NCBI GenBank assembly: GCA_964016885.1
Contig: OZ024750.1
Location: 18,848,001 to 18,912,000, forward strand
DNA: 64,000 bases
Direction: 5' to 3'
From: Eledone cirrhosa
Taxonomy: Eukaryota
Position numbers and translations under genes: made by a program. Positions 25,227 to 39,817 of this stretch are shown in pieces (within the stretch, counting starts at the first letter, position 1; each line of letters starts with the position of its first letter). The notes under the pieces were generated by a model, which worked only from the letters and a program-made list of their open reading frames with translations, searched no databases and had not been told where the DNA came from.

Positions 25227-25465
25227 TGTGGACTGGATGTATTTTATCATAACACCAGCACTAACACTCTACAGTGTGGACTGGATGTATCTTATGATAC
25301 CAGCACTAACACTACAGTGTGGACTGGCTGTATTTTATCAAGACACCAGCACTAACACTTTACAGTGTGGACTGGATGTATTTTATCATGATACCAGCAC
25401 TAACACTACAGTGTGGACTGGGTGTGTTTTATCATGGCACCAACACTAATATTTTACATGGTGCA
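25227..25465. repeat. ~46-bp tandem repeat derived from a SINE subregion
   Basis: Five copies of CAGTGTGGACTGGATGTATTTTATCATGATACCAGCACTAACACT. Related arrays at 15250-15375 and 39795-39960. Confidence 0.8.
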
Positions 25466-25677
25466 CTAGGTATGATATATATATATATGTAAAAATCTCA
25501 AACACAAGAACAACTTTAGCAACAAATGATTGCTATAAGTAATAGCTTAGAATTCAAGTAAAATACCCCTAGAGAGAGAAAAAAGTGGCCAGAGGCACCT
25601 CTAGATTCTCACATTTTCAAATTTTAAATCTTTCAGTACTTCAATGGTTCATAACATTTATATATATATATATAGAG

Positions 25678-25890
25678 AGAGAGATGTGTAAAATCCCGAC
25701 CACAGCACCAAGCGGTTTTGGCTTGCGTGATAAGCAAGCCTTATCAAGGGCGTAGTCCTGATTAGGTTTGCTTAACACACAAGCCAAAACTGCTTGGCAA
25801 TGCGGTAGGGATATTACACATCTCTATACCCACTCTACATCTCCACATGTATTGAGTACTCACATGATTAGTGGTCTCCTCAGTCTCAGC
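25678..25890 (+). mobile_element. Old palindromic Penelope-like end with decayed hammerhead
   Basis: Imperfect arms ~25678-25748 / 25757-25827. Plus arm reads CTGATTA-GGTTTG..CAAGCC-AAAA-CTGC..GCGG-TA-GGGAT; tail ACCCACTCTAC...GTATTGAGTAC. Preceded by (TA)n. Confidence 0.7.
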
Positions 25891-25934
25891 ACTGCAAACT
25901 CTATCTATCTATAGTGGTCGTGTAGATGTCATGA

Positions 25935-26118
25935 CAAAAAGCACCCTGCACACACTGTAAATGTGGTTGGCATTAGGAAGGGCATCCAGCTGTAGAAAAC
26001 TAGCCAGAAACAGTCCTATATGAGCGATACATGGTCACCCGACCCAGCTTGCCTCTAATGGGACAAACCTGTCTAACCCATGCTAGCGTGGTAAATAGAC
26101 ATTAAACGATGATGATGA
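25935..26118 (+). mobile_element. SINE 3' part (GGAAGGGCATCCAGC domain plus RTE-type tail)
   Basis: TTAGGAAGGGCATCCAGCTGTAGAA...AACCCATGCTAGC.TGG.AAAT.GAC.TTAAACGATGATG. Similar copies at 28310-28495, 33310-33550 and 41590-41765 (-). Confidence 0.75.
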
Positions 26119-28501
26119 TATATATATATAAGATTCTTTTTATTAACCATAATGCTTTACTTTCACAAACTCAAAACCAGTTTTTTAGAGACAGAAATAT
26201 ATAATCAATTAATAATGTCTTCTATGTACTATACATGCACCTTTGATGAGTTGTAGTGCACCTGAGCACTGTACACAATAATTTCATTATATATTATATT
26301 AAGGGTTTTGTAAAATATTTTACACAATAATTTCATTATATATTATATTAAGGGTTTTGTAAAATATTTTCAGGCTTAACGTATCAATCTGTAGCTAGTA
26401 ACATTCTTTAAATATTATTTATTTAAGTAAGCAACTATTCCAACACCCACATACACTTACTTTCTTAATTATTAGTCAATTTTAAATGGCATTAGGAAGT
26501 GTGTGTGTTTTTTAAATTGCCTGTTATGTTAGCTGGCTGGTTGTGAAACAATCAGTTTAACAGTTGACAAATATATAATAGGGTGAGGATTGCTACTTGC
26601 TGTCTATAATGGCTGGCACCTATAATTCTGTCTAAATTAGTGGCTCCCAAATGGTGTACTTTAGAACAAATAAAACTATTTTGATGCAATTTATGCCTAA
26701 ATTCGCAAATTTATTCAAAAGAAATATTTTGTACATATTAACATAGTGTAAAGTAGAAATATAGATAATTAAAAATACTGAAAAATTTATACTTCCTTCT
26801 TTAGTCAGTAAATGGAGAAAATAAGTATGAACAAGAAACCTGCACTTGGTGTATTTTGGCAATGTTTTCATTCGTAGTTTGTTTCCCATATTGACAATCA
26901 CATATTACTTAACTAGCTAACCATTAATTTTTTATTTATTGTTGTTGAGAGCACCTGATAAAATACCTTATATTATTCATTACAACTCCTTGCATTCTTA
27001 GTGTGAATCTTGTCCATGTCAATTTTATCTTTCATCCGTCAATGAAATAAAGTACCAGTTAAATATTGGGGTCATCATCATCATCATTATTTTACATCCG
27101 CTTTTCCCTGCTTGCAAGGGTGGGATGGGTCCTATTCAGCACAGCATCTCTCCACTTGTCATGGTCCTTCGTCATCTCCTCTGTGAGCTTCAGCAATCTG
27201 AGGTCTGCTCTCACCACCTCCGCCCATATTTTTCGTGGTCTTCCTCTACTGTGTCTTCCTTAGGGGTCAATTTTATATATTCCTATAAAGCATCTTACAA
27301 AGACTTTGGAATCCTCTCCCACTGAAGTGGTGTGACAGTTTAGTACCAAAAGCCAGTCATAAAACACATCAAGGAAACTCAACACCACTTCCTCTTTACT
27401 CATGTATAACTCAACATCAAAACCTTCACAAACAAATGCCAGGTTACACTATTATTAATAGAAGCTATGTGGCCTTGTAGTTTGGGTGTTGGTCTCGTGA
27501 TCATAAGTGCGACTCCTGGGCCTAGTAGTACATTGTGTTCTTGAGCAAAACTCTTCATTTCACATTGCTTTTCATGATAGGACTGTAGCTCCCTTGGAGC
27601 TTGTTGATCTGATGCTTCTTCCAAACTGACACACATGACTCTCATCACCCAAGTACTGCACTAACCACTACACTCAGACCTTCCTGCCCAGAATGTCAGC
27701 ACTCTCAAACCAAACAAGGATCCTCTATATGGTCGTTTGATCTGTTAGAAATAGCAACCAAATCAGACCTTAACACTGCCATATTTCTAATGAAAGAAAA
27801 CACTGCCTATGATTTTCAAATGGTTTAGAAAATAATCAAGAATTTAGAGGGATTCATCTTAATAATGAGAAAGTAGCTTTCTCATTAATAAGCTAGTGTT
27901 TGCAGTATAAAAGCAAGGGTGGGGTTCTGACGGTTTGTTATCAAAACGGTTAGATATAAGGCAAGAACACATTAGATACTGTTAAAAAAACGGGATGGTC
28001 ATGGGTGGAATACTCTTGAGCATAGGTCTGCTCTATTTGCGTCCGATTTTTTTGTTAGCGAGGCTTGAACAACATAAGCCCCTGACTTAGCAGACCTATG
28101 ATTGAAAACATTTTATGGCTACCTCTATATATATCGATGACTATATTTAAAAAAAAAGAAATGCGGTAAGATGTGATTTGAGGGAGTTGTAGCTGCTATT
28201 TCTACCAAGTTGAGTTACCATGTAGTGGCTCCTTCAGTGTTTTTTTTTAATGAACAGTGTATGAGTCATGATATACCCAGGGATACATGCATGCTTTAAT
28301 ATCACAACAAAAAGCACCAAGTACTCACTAAATGAGCTTGGCGTTAGGAAGGGCATCCAGTTGTAGAAACCAAGCCAAGATCAGTTCTGTCTGAGCAAGA
28401 CATGGTCACCTGACTTGACATTGCTCACAACAGGACAACTCGTTTAACCCATGCTAACCTGGAAAAATGGACATTAAACGGTGATGATGATTATGATGGT
28501 A

Positions 28502-28547
<46 letters not shown>

Positions 28548-28694
28548 AGATATCTCATTGAAGGCCAAGCTTAATTAGCTAATCATGGGCTCACAACTAA
28601 TTATGAAAGCTGCAATAGATGGAGGGGTGCAGGCTGTGGCCATCTGCTACTGCAGACAATTAGTGATTAGTAGTAGTAGTAATTGTTAAGTGTC

Positions 28695-28936
28695 TTAACT
28701 CTTTAGTATTTAAACCGGCCGTATCTGGCTAGAATTCTCTCAACTCTCTCTGCTCAAACCGGTTGTAACTGGCTGCTCATACTGATGTTAAGGTATTGTT
28801 CTCAAAATAATAATATCAAAATCTCATAGATTCAATATTATGTGAGATAATTATGTAAGGTAAAGCCTTTACCGTGAAAATATAATAGTATATTATAATA
28901 GTATATATATAGAGTAATGTAAATGCTAAAGGGTTA
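28695..28936. mobile_element. piggyBac-type MITE (TTAA-flanked)
   Basis: TTAA-CTCTTTAGTATTTA ... TAAATGCTAAAGGG-TTAA. Further copies at 33763-33978, 38810-39028, 50116-50334 and 55433-55637. Confidence 0.8.
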
Positions 28937-30239
28937 ATATTGTTTTTAATTATGTTTCTAACACACTTCAAATCCTGTGGGGGAACACCTTTGCCTTCCA
29001 TCCCTCCAAAGTCAACATCATCACATAATATACTGAGTCAATGTAATTCATTACACATCCTTCCATTTTCAAACGTGTGGCCTTCTGCCAATGCAAGAGA
29101 ATATTATTATTATTGTTATTTTGACTAGTCCTTCCTCCCAAGTTTCTGGCCCTGTGCCTATGTTAGAATCAATTATTGTTGTTGTTGTTGTTATTATTCA
29201 GCAGTCTTATTTTTATTGCGTCTTGTCACTGTACAACTAAACATAGATCTGTGTACACCTTAGGTATGTGAAGTGCTTTCTTTTGGTTTGATTTTTCTAT
29301 TCTATTGTATTGACTATTATACATTATGCTATTTTCTGAATGTTGTGTATATTTGTAAGTCCAAGGATACTTTACATAATGTGTACTGTGCCTAGTAGTA
29401 CTATTTTCTGTATGATTTTAGCTTTTTCACCATTTCTACTGTTGTTTCTCTCAATTTCTCCCCTAGTTTTCTTCATAGCTAGCTGTCAATTCAGGTTCTG
29501 TTTTGTACTTGTTGGTCTCCTTAAAGACAGAAAAAAGGTTTTTTGGGGTGTGTGGGGTGGGGGCGGTTACTGCTTTATCAAAGAGGAAAGGGCAGTGCTC
29601 ATGGTTCTTCTAGGGCGGGAATGTCAAACATGCAGCCCTTTACAAGCACACCTGCAGCCCGCACATATATTTTTTTACAGTGCGAGCATGTTTTATCTTT
29701 GTAATATAAAATAAAAAATACGTGCTGTAATGTCTGCAATTAGTTGTCATGTGTGGCCCTCAGACAGCACATATGTGACCCTCGGGGGGGGGGGGGACCT
29801 TCAGTTTGACATGCCTGTTCTAGGGGTCTCTGGGACAGATGGGAGGAAGGGAAGGAGGTATCCTCAAACTGGGAGAGCTGGCCCTGGATGCTTATAGCAG
29901 AATGGAACCCACTAGAGACAGCCAGGGATTAGGTGGTTGTGTTAAACCAGGAGATAAATTAAATCTACTATCCAAGTAAATTATGGCTGGATTTGAACTC
30001 AGCATAAAGAGGGAGAAACAAATACAGAAATGAGACAGGATTTTTCTAGAAATGTGATGATGTGTCAAAACTAAACCATGAGGATGGTGATGGTGATGGT
30101 GGAATTAATGATGATTGTGATGCTGATGTTGGTAGTATTGCTGTTGCCGATGATGACAGAGATGATAGTTTGTTGTGATGGTGGTGATGATGTTGGTAAT
30201 GGTGTTGGTGGGATTGATGATGATGATGATTCTGATGAT

Positions 30240-32665
30240 GATGATGATGATGATGGTGGTATTGTCGCTGCTGCTGATGACAGGGTTGCTAGTAGTTGTG
30301 CTGATGGTGGTGATGATGATGTTGGTGGTATTGTCACTGCTGATGACAGGGTTGATGGTGGTGATGATGATGTTGGTGGTATTGTCACTGCTGATGATGA
30401 CAGGGTTGCTAGTAGTTGTGATGATGGTGGTGATGATGATGTTGGTGGTATTGTCGCTGCTGCTGATGACAGGGTTGCTAGTAGTTGTGCTGATGGTTGT
30501 GATGATGATGTTGGTGGTATTGTCGCTGCTGCTGATGACAGGGTTGATGGTGGTGATGATGATGTTGGTGGTATTGTCACTGCTGCTGATGACAGGGTTG
30601 ATAGTTGTTGTGCTGATGGTGGTGGTGATGATGATGTTGGTGGTATTGTCGCTGCTGCTGATGACAGGGTTGCTAGTAGTTGTGCTGATGGTGGTGATGA
30701 TGATGTTGGTGGTATTGTCACTGCTGCTGATGACAGGGTTGATGGTGGTGATGATGATGTTGGTGGTATTGTCGCTGCTGCTGATGACAGGGTTGCTAGT
30801 AGTTGTGCTGATGGTGGTGATGATGATGTTGGTGGTATTGTCGCTGCTGCTGATGACAGGGTTGCTAGTAGTTGTGATGATGGTTGTGATGATGATGTTG
30901 GTGGTATTGTCGCTGCTGCTGATGACAGGGTTGCTAGTAGTTGTGATGATGGTTGTGATGATGATGTTGGTGGTATTGTCGCTGCTGCTGATGACAGGGT
31001 TGCTAGTAGTTGTGCTGATGGTTGTGATGATGATGTTGGTGGTATTGTCGCTGCTGCTGATGACAGGGTTGCTAGTAGTTGTGATGATGGTTGTGATGAT
31101 GATGTTGGTGGTATTGTCGCTGCTGCTGATGACAGGGTTGCTAGTAGTTGTGCTGATGGTTGTGATGATGATGTTGGTGGTATTGTCGCTGCTGCTGATG
31201 ACAGGGTTGCTAGTAGTTGTGATGATGGTTGTGATGATGATGTTGGTGGTATTGTCGCTACTGCTGATGACAGGGTTGCTAGTAGTTGTGCTGATGGTGG
31301 TGATGATGATGTTGGTGGTATTGTCGCTGCTGCTGATGACAGGGTTGCTAGTTGTGATGATGGTGATGATGATGATGTTGGTGGTATTGTCGCTGCTGCT
31401 GATGACAGGGTTGCTAGTTGTCATGATGGTGATGATGATGATGTTGGTGGTATTGTCGCTACTGCTGATGACAGGGTTGCTAGTAGTTGTGCTGATGGTG
31501 GTGATGATGATGTTGGTGGTATTGTCGCTGCTGCTGATGACAGGGTTGCTAGTAGTTGTGCTGATGGTGGTGATGATGATGTTGGTGGTATTGTCGCTGC
31601 TGCTGATGACAGGGTTGCTAGTAGTTGTGCTGATGGTGGTGATGATGATGTTGGTGGTATTGTCGCTGCTGCTGATGACAGGGTTGCTAGTAGTTGTGAT
31701 GATGGTGATGATGATGATGTTGGTGGTATTGTCACTGCTGCTGATGACAGGGTTGCTAGTAGTTGTGCTGATGGTGGTGATGATGATGTTGGTGGTATTG
31801 TCGCTGCTGCTGATGACAGGGTTGCTAGTAGTTGTGCTGATGGTTGTGATGATGATGTTGGTGGTATTGTCGCTGCTGCTGATGACAGGGTTGCTAGTAG
31901 TTGTGATGATGGTTGTGATGATGATGTTGGTGGTATTGTCGCTGCTGCTGATGACAGGGTTGCTAGTAGTTGTGCTGATGGTTGTGATGATGATGTTGGT
32001 GGTATTGTCGCTGCTGCTGATGACAGGGTTGCTAGTAGTTGTGATGATGGTTGTGATGATGATGTTGGTGGTATTGTCGCTACTGCTGATGACAGGGTTG
32101 CTAGTAGTTGTGCTGATGGTGGTGATGATGATGTTGGTGGTATTGTCGCTGCTGCTGATGACAGGGTTGCTAGTAGTTGTGCTGATGGTGGTGATGATGA
32201 TGTTGGTGGTATTGTCGCTGCTGCTGATGACAGGGTTGCTAGTAGTTGTGCTGATGGTGGTGATGATGATGTTGGTGGTATTGTCGCTGCTGCTGATGAC
32301 AGGGTTGCTAGTAGTTGTGATGATGGTGATGATGATGATGTTGGTGGTATTGTCACTGCTGCTGATGACAGGGTTGCTAGTAGTTGTGCTGATGGTGGTG
32401 ATGATGATGTTGGTGGTATTGTCGCTGCTGCTGATGACAGGGTTGCTAGTAGTTGTGATGATGGTGATGATGATGATGTTGGTGGTATTGTCGCTGCTGC
32501 TGATGACAGGGTTGCTAGTTGTCATGATGGTGATGATGATGATGTTGGTGGTATTGTCGCTACTGCTGATGACAGGGTTGCTAGTAGTTGTGCTGATGGT
32601 GGTGATGATGATGTTGGTGGTATTGTCGCTGCTGCTGATGACAGGGTTGCTAGTGGTAATGATGC
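30240..32665. repeat. 69-bp triplet-structured minisatellite (~35 units)
   Basis: Unit GATGATGATGTTGGTGGTATTGTCGCTGCTGCTGATGACAGGGTTGCTAGTAGTTGTGCTGATGGTGGT with triplet indels, embedded in degenerate (GAT/GGT)n. Confidence 0.95.
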
Positions 32666-33762
32666 TGATAATGTTGGTGGTGGTGATGATGATGATGATG
32701 ATGCTGATGTTGTTGTTGTTGTTGATGGTGGTTGTGATGGGGTCAGTAATGACAACAATTATTTCCTTAATTACCTAGATAGACACCATAATTAGAAAAA
32801 TGTTACAAAAACATAGAAAATAGACCAAGGAGACAAAGAAACAAATGTTGAAATAATAATAATAATTGTTTCTATTTTAAGCACAAGGCCAGCAATTATC
32901 CCTAATAATAACATTTTAACCAACCCACTATATTTTGTCTATCTCTCTCTCATTCTCCCCATGTTTTTGTCTCTCTGTCTCTCTTCTTCAGTCTCTCTGC
33001 CTGTATTTGACTCTCTCTGTCAGCTTTTCACTCTCTTTCTCTCACTCACTCTTTCTTTTTCTCCCAATGTTTTTGTCTCTCTTTCTCTCTCCTTCAACCC
33101 CTCTCTCTCCCTCCCCCTATCCCTACTATAAACTCTTAGAACCATTTTTGTATTAATATCATATTCTAGTGAATATTGACACACGACCGTGACCTCTGGT
33201 GTCACGCAGTAATACAGAGTACCCGACCTCCCATGGGTACAAGCTGAAGCATATAGACAATATGCCCCCACACACTCCCACTGCAAGGTGGTCGTGGAGG
33301 TGCCACGGCAAAAAAGCACCCAGCCCACACTGTAAAGTGGACGTGTAGGCGCCACGAAAAAGCACCCAGCACTCACTGTAAATGAGGTTGGTGTTAGGAA
33401 GGGCATCCAGCTGTAGAAATCAAGCCAAATCAGTTCCTGTATGAGCAAGGCATGGTCAGCCGACCAGACACTACCCACAACAGGACAACCTGTCTAACCC
33501 ATGCTAGCGTGGAAGAACGGACGTAAAACGGTGATGATGATGATGATGATTGACAGTGTTGAAGATAATAGAAGCTGAGAGTTTATTAACCTTATGTCAT
33601 TATGTGTGTGTGTGTAGGCCTGCTGGTGGCATCTGTCTGTCTGTCTATCCACCCACTCACGCATCTGTCTGACTATTCACTTGTCTATCTGTCAGTCTGT
33701 CTATCTACCTATCTATCTTTATCCATCTGTCCATCCATCCATCTATCTATCCATTCATTGTT

Positions 33763-33978
33763 TTAACCTTTTAGCATTTACATTACTCTAATATATACTA
33801 CTATATTTTCATGGCAAAGGCTTTATCTCACATAATATCAAATCTATGAGATTTTGATATTATTTATTTTGAGAACAGTACCTTACCATCAGTATGAGTG
33901 GTTGGTTACGATCAGTTTGAACAGACAGAGGGGAAAGAATTCTGGCCGGATATGGCCGGTTTAAATGCTAAAGGGTTA
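33763..33978. mobile_element. piggyBac-type MITE
   Basis: TTAA-CCTTTTAGCATTTA ... TAAATGCTAAAGGG-TTAA. Confidence 0.8.
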
Positions 33979-36582
33979 AGGCCATTTTCATTGCTAAAGA
34001 GAGGTTAACCTTGCAAGGACCATGACCCATGATAAGCTTCACACACATTATTTGGTCCTTTTTGAGGCAATGTTTTATGACAAGATGTCAAACTTTTAGT
34101 CACTGTTTATGTCACATAGGGATACGGTTTATGAAATAATTATGTTCCATATTTATATTTCACTACCTCAGTTGTAAGTTTGTTGTAAGAAGAAGGTAAA
34201 AACAAGTTTTTTATGCAGACAAGTTGTTTTTAACATTTAACATCCTGTTATGATTTAGCAGAAAGTATCTAAGAATGGGTGTTAACTCAAATTCAAGAGT
34301 CTCTTTATTAGTGGACAGGTCATTGTGAACATTTGCAGTATTATCACTTAACAGCCTGTAATGATTGAGCTGAAAATATAAAAAAATGGCTTTGTTTATT
34401 CAACTGTTTGTAGTAGCTTTATTGTCCTATTTTCAGCATCATGGTGCATTCAGGTCTGTATCTCCCCGCGTACTGTCTTCACGAGAGTGTGACAACTTAT
34501 ATTACAATGGTGAATGACCACAAATACTATTCCTGAAACTACATTGTAAAATATTTACAGTTTCTTAATAAAAATTAAACAAATTGATTTTTTTTTAGCT
34601 AGATGCCTCATTTATGTTGTTCAGCACTTTAGACTAGAGGCACCAGCAATAGAGGGTTGCTTTATATGAGGCAAGACTTAGTCTTCACTAATCTACATTG
34701 TCTTCATTTGTTCAAATCAATGTAATGAAGAGGTTGGATAGAAGAGTGAATGATGACATGTGTTTAGATGTGTCGTTTAACTCAGGTAAACATAACAGAA
34801 AACAAAAACCATCTTTTAATCCTTTCATGACTGAATTTCTAATGAGAAATTATACTCATGAAATTTGAACTCATTAATGAAGAATTTGGAGGTAAAAATA
34901 TTATTTCATTATTCAAATTATGCCGAGGTTAACTTTGCTTTTCATCCTTACGGGGTCGATAAAATAAAGTACCAGTAATGCACTGGATAATTGCTGGCCT
35001 TGTGCCAAAAATAGAAACAATTATTATGATGGTATTTGTAATATAATTTAACAAATGAAGTAGTGAACTTTGACACTTTGACATATTAGTCTTGAATTAA
35101 ATGTAAATATAAGCCAAAAGAGAACGAAAGAGTGCGTGACCGTGAAACATACATGCACAAGACCCAAACACAATAGAACCAAACTCCCACTGTCATTGCC
35201 TCCGTCTCCAGCTCGCCCCATCTCTCACTATTATGAGCAAAAGTATGTGCTGGCCGCCTCATGGCCCCGGTGGACAAAACAGAGAAGGTGTTTCCCCGGG
35301 GAATGGTGAAGAAGACACGCGGGAAGAGCCATTCCAGCTTGCGGGTTTTTATCTGAAATTATATGGGAAGATTTTAGCTTAAATAGGAACCCTTTATGGT
35401 GGGTGACTTGTTTTTTGTCATAGAAACAGACTTATCAAAGGTGTTCCAACCATCACTGCCCCATCATATTTTCAGATATTTTATCAGGAATTTTATTATT
35501 TAATATATACAGATTCTTTTTTTAAATGTCAGGGTGAATTGTGGGAAAATTGGCTGCTATCTCTAGCTGACTGATTGATGACATGGTGGTTTTGTTGTTG
35601 ATTCATAAATTTACTGCTTACAACCAGCATGCTGTGTATATAATGAGGCCATTTCAACAAAAAAAAAAACAAAGTAAAGAGATAGAGAAAAGGAAAGAAA
35701 AAAAAATTGTTTATCTTTTAAGATTTCTAGATAAGAATATTTTATATCAATGTAGCCTTGGTGCTTGAAATAGTGCCAGCATTCACATATTGGTTCATCA
35801 CTGACATTTAAAGAACTATTTAAAGAACTACCAGTATTGAATCTTCCCACAATATTCTTCAATATAAACAGCAGGTGGTATGTTGAGAGGTGATCTTTGT
35901 TTTATTCCAGATGTTCTTGAAATTTGGTCTTTCTTTGTTGCCTTCTAGTTTTCTAAACAGTTATACTATTATCAATTCCTGCTATTTAGAGTAGTCTTTT
36001 GTCTTTAAACCCTTTCCTTACATTTTAAATGAAAAACATTGCTTATAATTTTTTTAATAATCAAGAATTTTAGGGATTTAGTAATATAGCTCTCTCATTA
36101 GTAAGTTGATATTTGGAGCAAAACCTAACAAAATATTTTTCTTTTTAAATATAATGGTAAGCTTCTGATATAAAATTGTGATGGAAAGTTTTTAGATAAA
36201 TATAAACACTAACCCTTTCATTACCATATTTCTAATGAGACACTCCCTTTAATTATGGCAATTTAACTGGAAAAACCATGCTAGAATGGAACATATGAAT
36301 GAAAGGCAGTCATTTAGCCGGTTTCACTTTAGACTAAAACTCATGCATGCCTGGAAAATAAACATAAAATGATGATGATGAAATTTCAAATTTTCAAACT
36401 TGCTCAATTTTTTTTTGTAAAATGTAAGTTTATTTTTTAAATTGATATTTGAAGTAATTTATGTTTGTTTTTCTTTATCTTTTTCAGTAATTTTCTTGAT
36501 GTGAAAAAGTGAAACCATCCAGAAGGTGTTTGTTTTTTCTCCATCCATTTGACAACCCTCCACTAAGTTAGTGTGAGGGGTT

Positions 36583-36689
36583 ATGGCTTTTCAGTATCAC
36601 CGTGAACACCTTTACGATAGCGCCAGTAGTGATACAGAAGATTACTCAGAATCGGAAGACAGAAAGAAAGCTTGCATTAAACGAACAAG
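36583..36689 (+). CDS. BTBD10: BTBD10/KCTD20-like, coding exon 1 (MAFQYHREHLYDSASSDTED...KRT)
   Basis: ATG at 36583; AG|GTGAG donor. Phase 2 joins exon 2 in frame. YDS.SSD.E resembles the BTBD10 N-terminus. Upstream acceptor TTTTCAG at 36487. Confidence 0.75.
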
Positions 36690-37350
36690 GTGAGAAATCT
36701 ACCTGGCATGTGTTCAGTTTCTTGTATTTCTTGTATTTCTTTTTAATTTTTAATTTTTTAAAAGATACTTCTTGTAAAGTGGTTGGGGTTAGGAAAGGCT
36801 TCCAACCATCGAGACGGTGCCAGAAAGGGTTGAGATGACCCAACATGACACAGCAATCTCTCCAGTGATAGTGCCATGCAAAATGAACCCAGTATACCCT
36901 AAAGGGCATCCAGTTGTAGAAGCCATGTTAAAACTTCAGTTGTGCCAAAGGCACAACAGCCTCTCTATTGTTGGTGAGCTACACCATGAACTCACTCAAA
37001 TATATTTCAAAACAAATAGATTTGTATCATTGAGCCAAAGGTGGTTTGAGGCAAATTGGTAATAAAATTATGATGGAAAATTTTAAAATACATATAAACA
37101 TTCTAGCCCTTTCATTACCAATCCATCTGAAACAACCTCTGGTTCTTTGGAGGAGAACTACTTGTTTTAAAGTGTTTATATTTATTTCAAAACCTTCCAT
37201 CATAATTTTATGTAAGAATCTGTGTTGTATTTCAAACATCAACTCAATAATGAAAAAGTTTTTTGTATTACTAAATCATTCAAAATTTTTGATTATTTTC
37301 AAAATTATTTTTTTAAAAATCTTTAAGTTTTTTTTTTCTGTAATACATAG

Positions 37351-37797
<447 letters not shown>

Positions 37798-38502
37798 TAA
37801 ATTTATTTCATAATCATTTTGTAATTTATATTTCCCTTTTTAAGTGTGTGAATTATCACTATAAAATAGTTTTTGATAAATTAGAGGCATAAGCCCTTGA
37901 ATTGGAAAAAAGTCAACGATTATCCACTTTTTCCCACCTTGAGAAATTATACCTCTGATTCATTTATAACTGTTTTATAGTAATAATTCATGGCTCTTGG
38001 ATTTTTGCTCAAAAGCACACTTTAAAATTTCTGTCGCCCACATGTTTCATAAACTTTCTTCTTCTTATGTTTTCTTTTTGTTTGTTTGTTTGTTATTTTT
38101 CTTCACACTGTGGTTAACAAGTTTTCTTTGTAACTCAGTGATTTTGGTTTTGATCCTGCTGTGTGCCATGTAAGTGAAATTGAAAGGCCATTGTGTATGT
38201 GTGTATATACTTTGCATTTGTTTACATTGTTTTGCAGCAATTTGTGTGAAATTCGTTAGAAAAAAAAAAAGAAGGAAATTGCCTCAAAGTTTTGTCCAGA
38301 ACCCTCTTTGGGAACTACTGGTCTATAGTATCTTAGTGGACATATGAAAATGTGCAGTATCAGAGTGAAGGCTTTAATCTTTAATGTGATGTAGTACTTT
38401 TCAAGAATGTCATGCTAATGTGACTTCATATGGGTTGTTAATTCAAATGTTTGTTATGTATTGAATATTTGGTGTGTATCATAAAGGTATATATTGAATT
38501 AA

Positions 38503-38664
<162 letters not shown>

Positions 38665-39616
38665 TGATTTAACCATTTTGTTACCATATTTCTAATGAAA
38701 TATACCGCCTATGATTTCCAACTAATTTGGTAAATAATTGAGAATTTTTAGGGATTTAGTAATATTTAGTAATTTTCTCATTATTAACACTTTAGTAATT
38801 TTCTCATTATTTAGCATTTAAACTGGCCATATCCGGCCAAAATTCTCTCACCTCTTTCTGTTCAAACTGGCTGTAACCAGCCACTCATACTGATGTTAAG
38901 GCATTGTTCTCAAAATAAATATCAAAATCTCATAACTTTGATATTATGTGAGATAATTATGTGAAATAACATGGTTACTGTGAAAATACAATAGTAAATA
39001 TTAAGTAATACAAATGCTAATGGGTTAAGGTGGTGTTAACAAAGGTTCTTACATACACTTATCATAGAAGGTTTTTAGATAAATATAAACATTTTAACCC
39101 TTTCAGTAACACAATTTTAATAAAAGCAACTTTTACAATGATAATGGGGATTTTTAACATAAACACAAGGTTACACATTTTCGTTGGGTGGGAATTTAAT
39201 GATTAACTCGACCCTGATATTTGACTGGTGTTTTATTTTAACTTTTAATATCCTGTACCACATGAAACCACATTAGCAAGACAATGTTGAAAAGTATAAA
39301 AAAGCACTATGGCTGCATCACATTAAAAATTGAAGTCTAATGCTACAAATATTCACAACAATCTGTCCACTGGTAAAGATACTAACATTTGAGTTAACAA
39401 ACTCATTTTTAAAGTATATTTTCTACTAAATCATTACAAGATGTTACGAGTTAACTTATATAATAGCTAAAAAAATGAAAAAAATATAAATTTTAGTCTT
39501 CTAATTAGATTTAAATAATATTGGATTTTTTATTTTGAGAAATAAATGATATTTTGTGATTAAAATTATCTCATTCATCTAAACATTCTCTCTTTCTCTG
39601 TGTCTGTCTTTGCTAA

Positions 39617-39817
<201 letters not shown>

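Noticed and set aside
26271-26370. ~49-bp exact tandem duplication at a LINE tail
   Set aside because: Ordinary local duplication or assembly slip; no further structure.
30078-32795. 905-aa and 867-aa ORFs as real genes
   Set aside because: Pure tandem repeat, open in several frames on both strands, with no unique domain or splice support; kept only as a low-interest finding.
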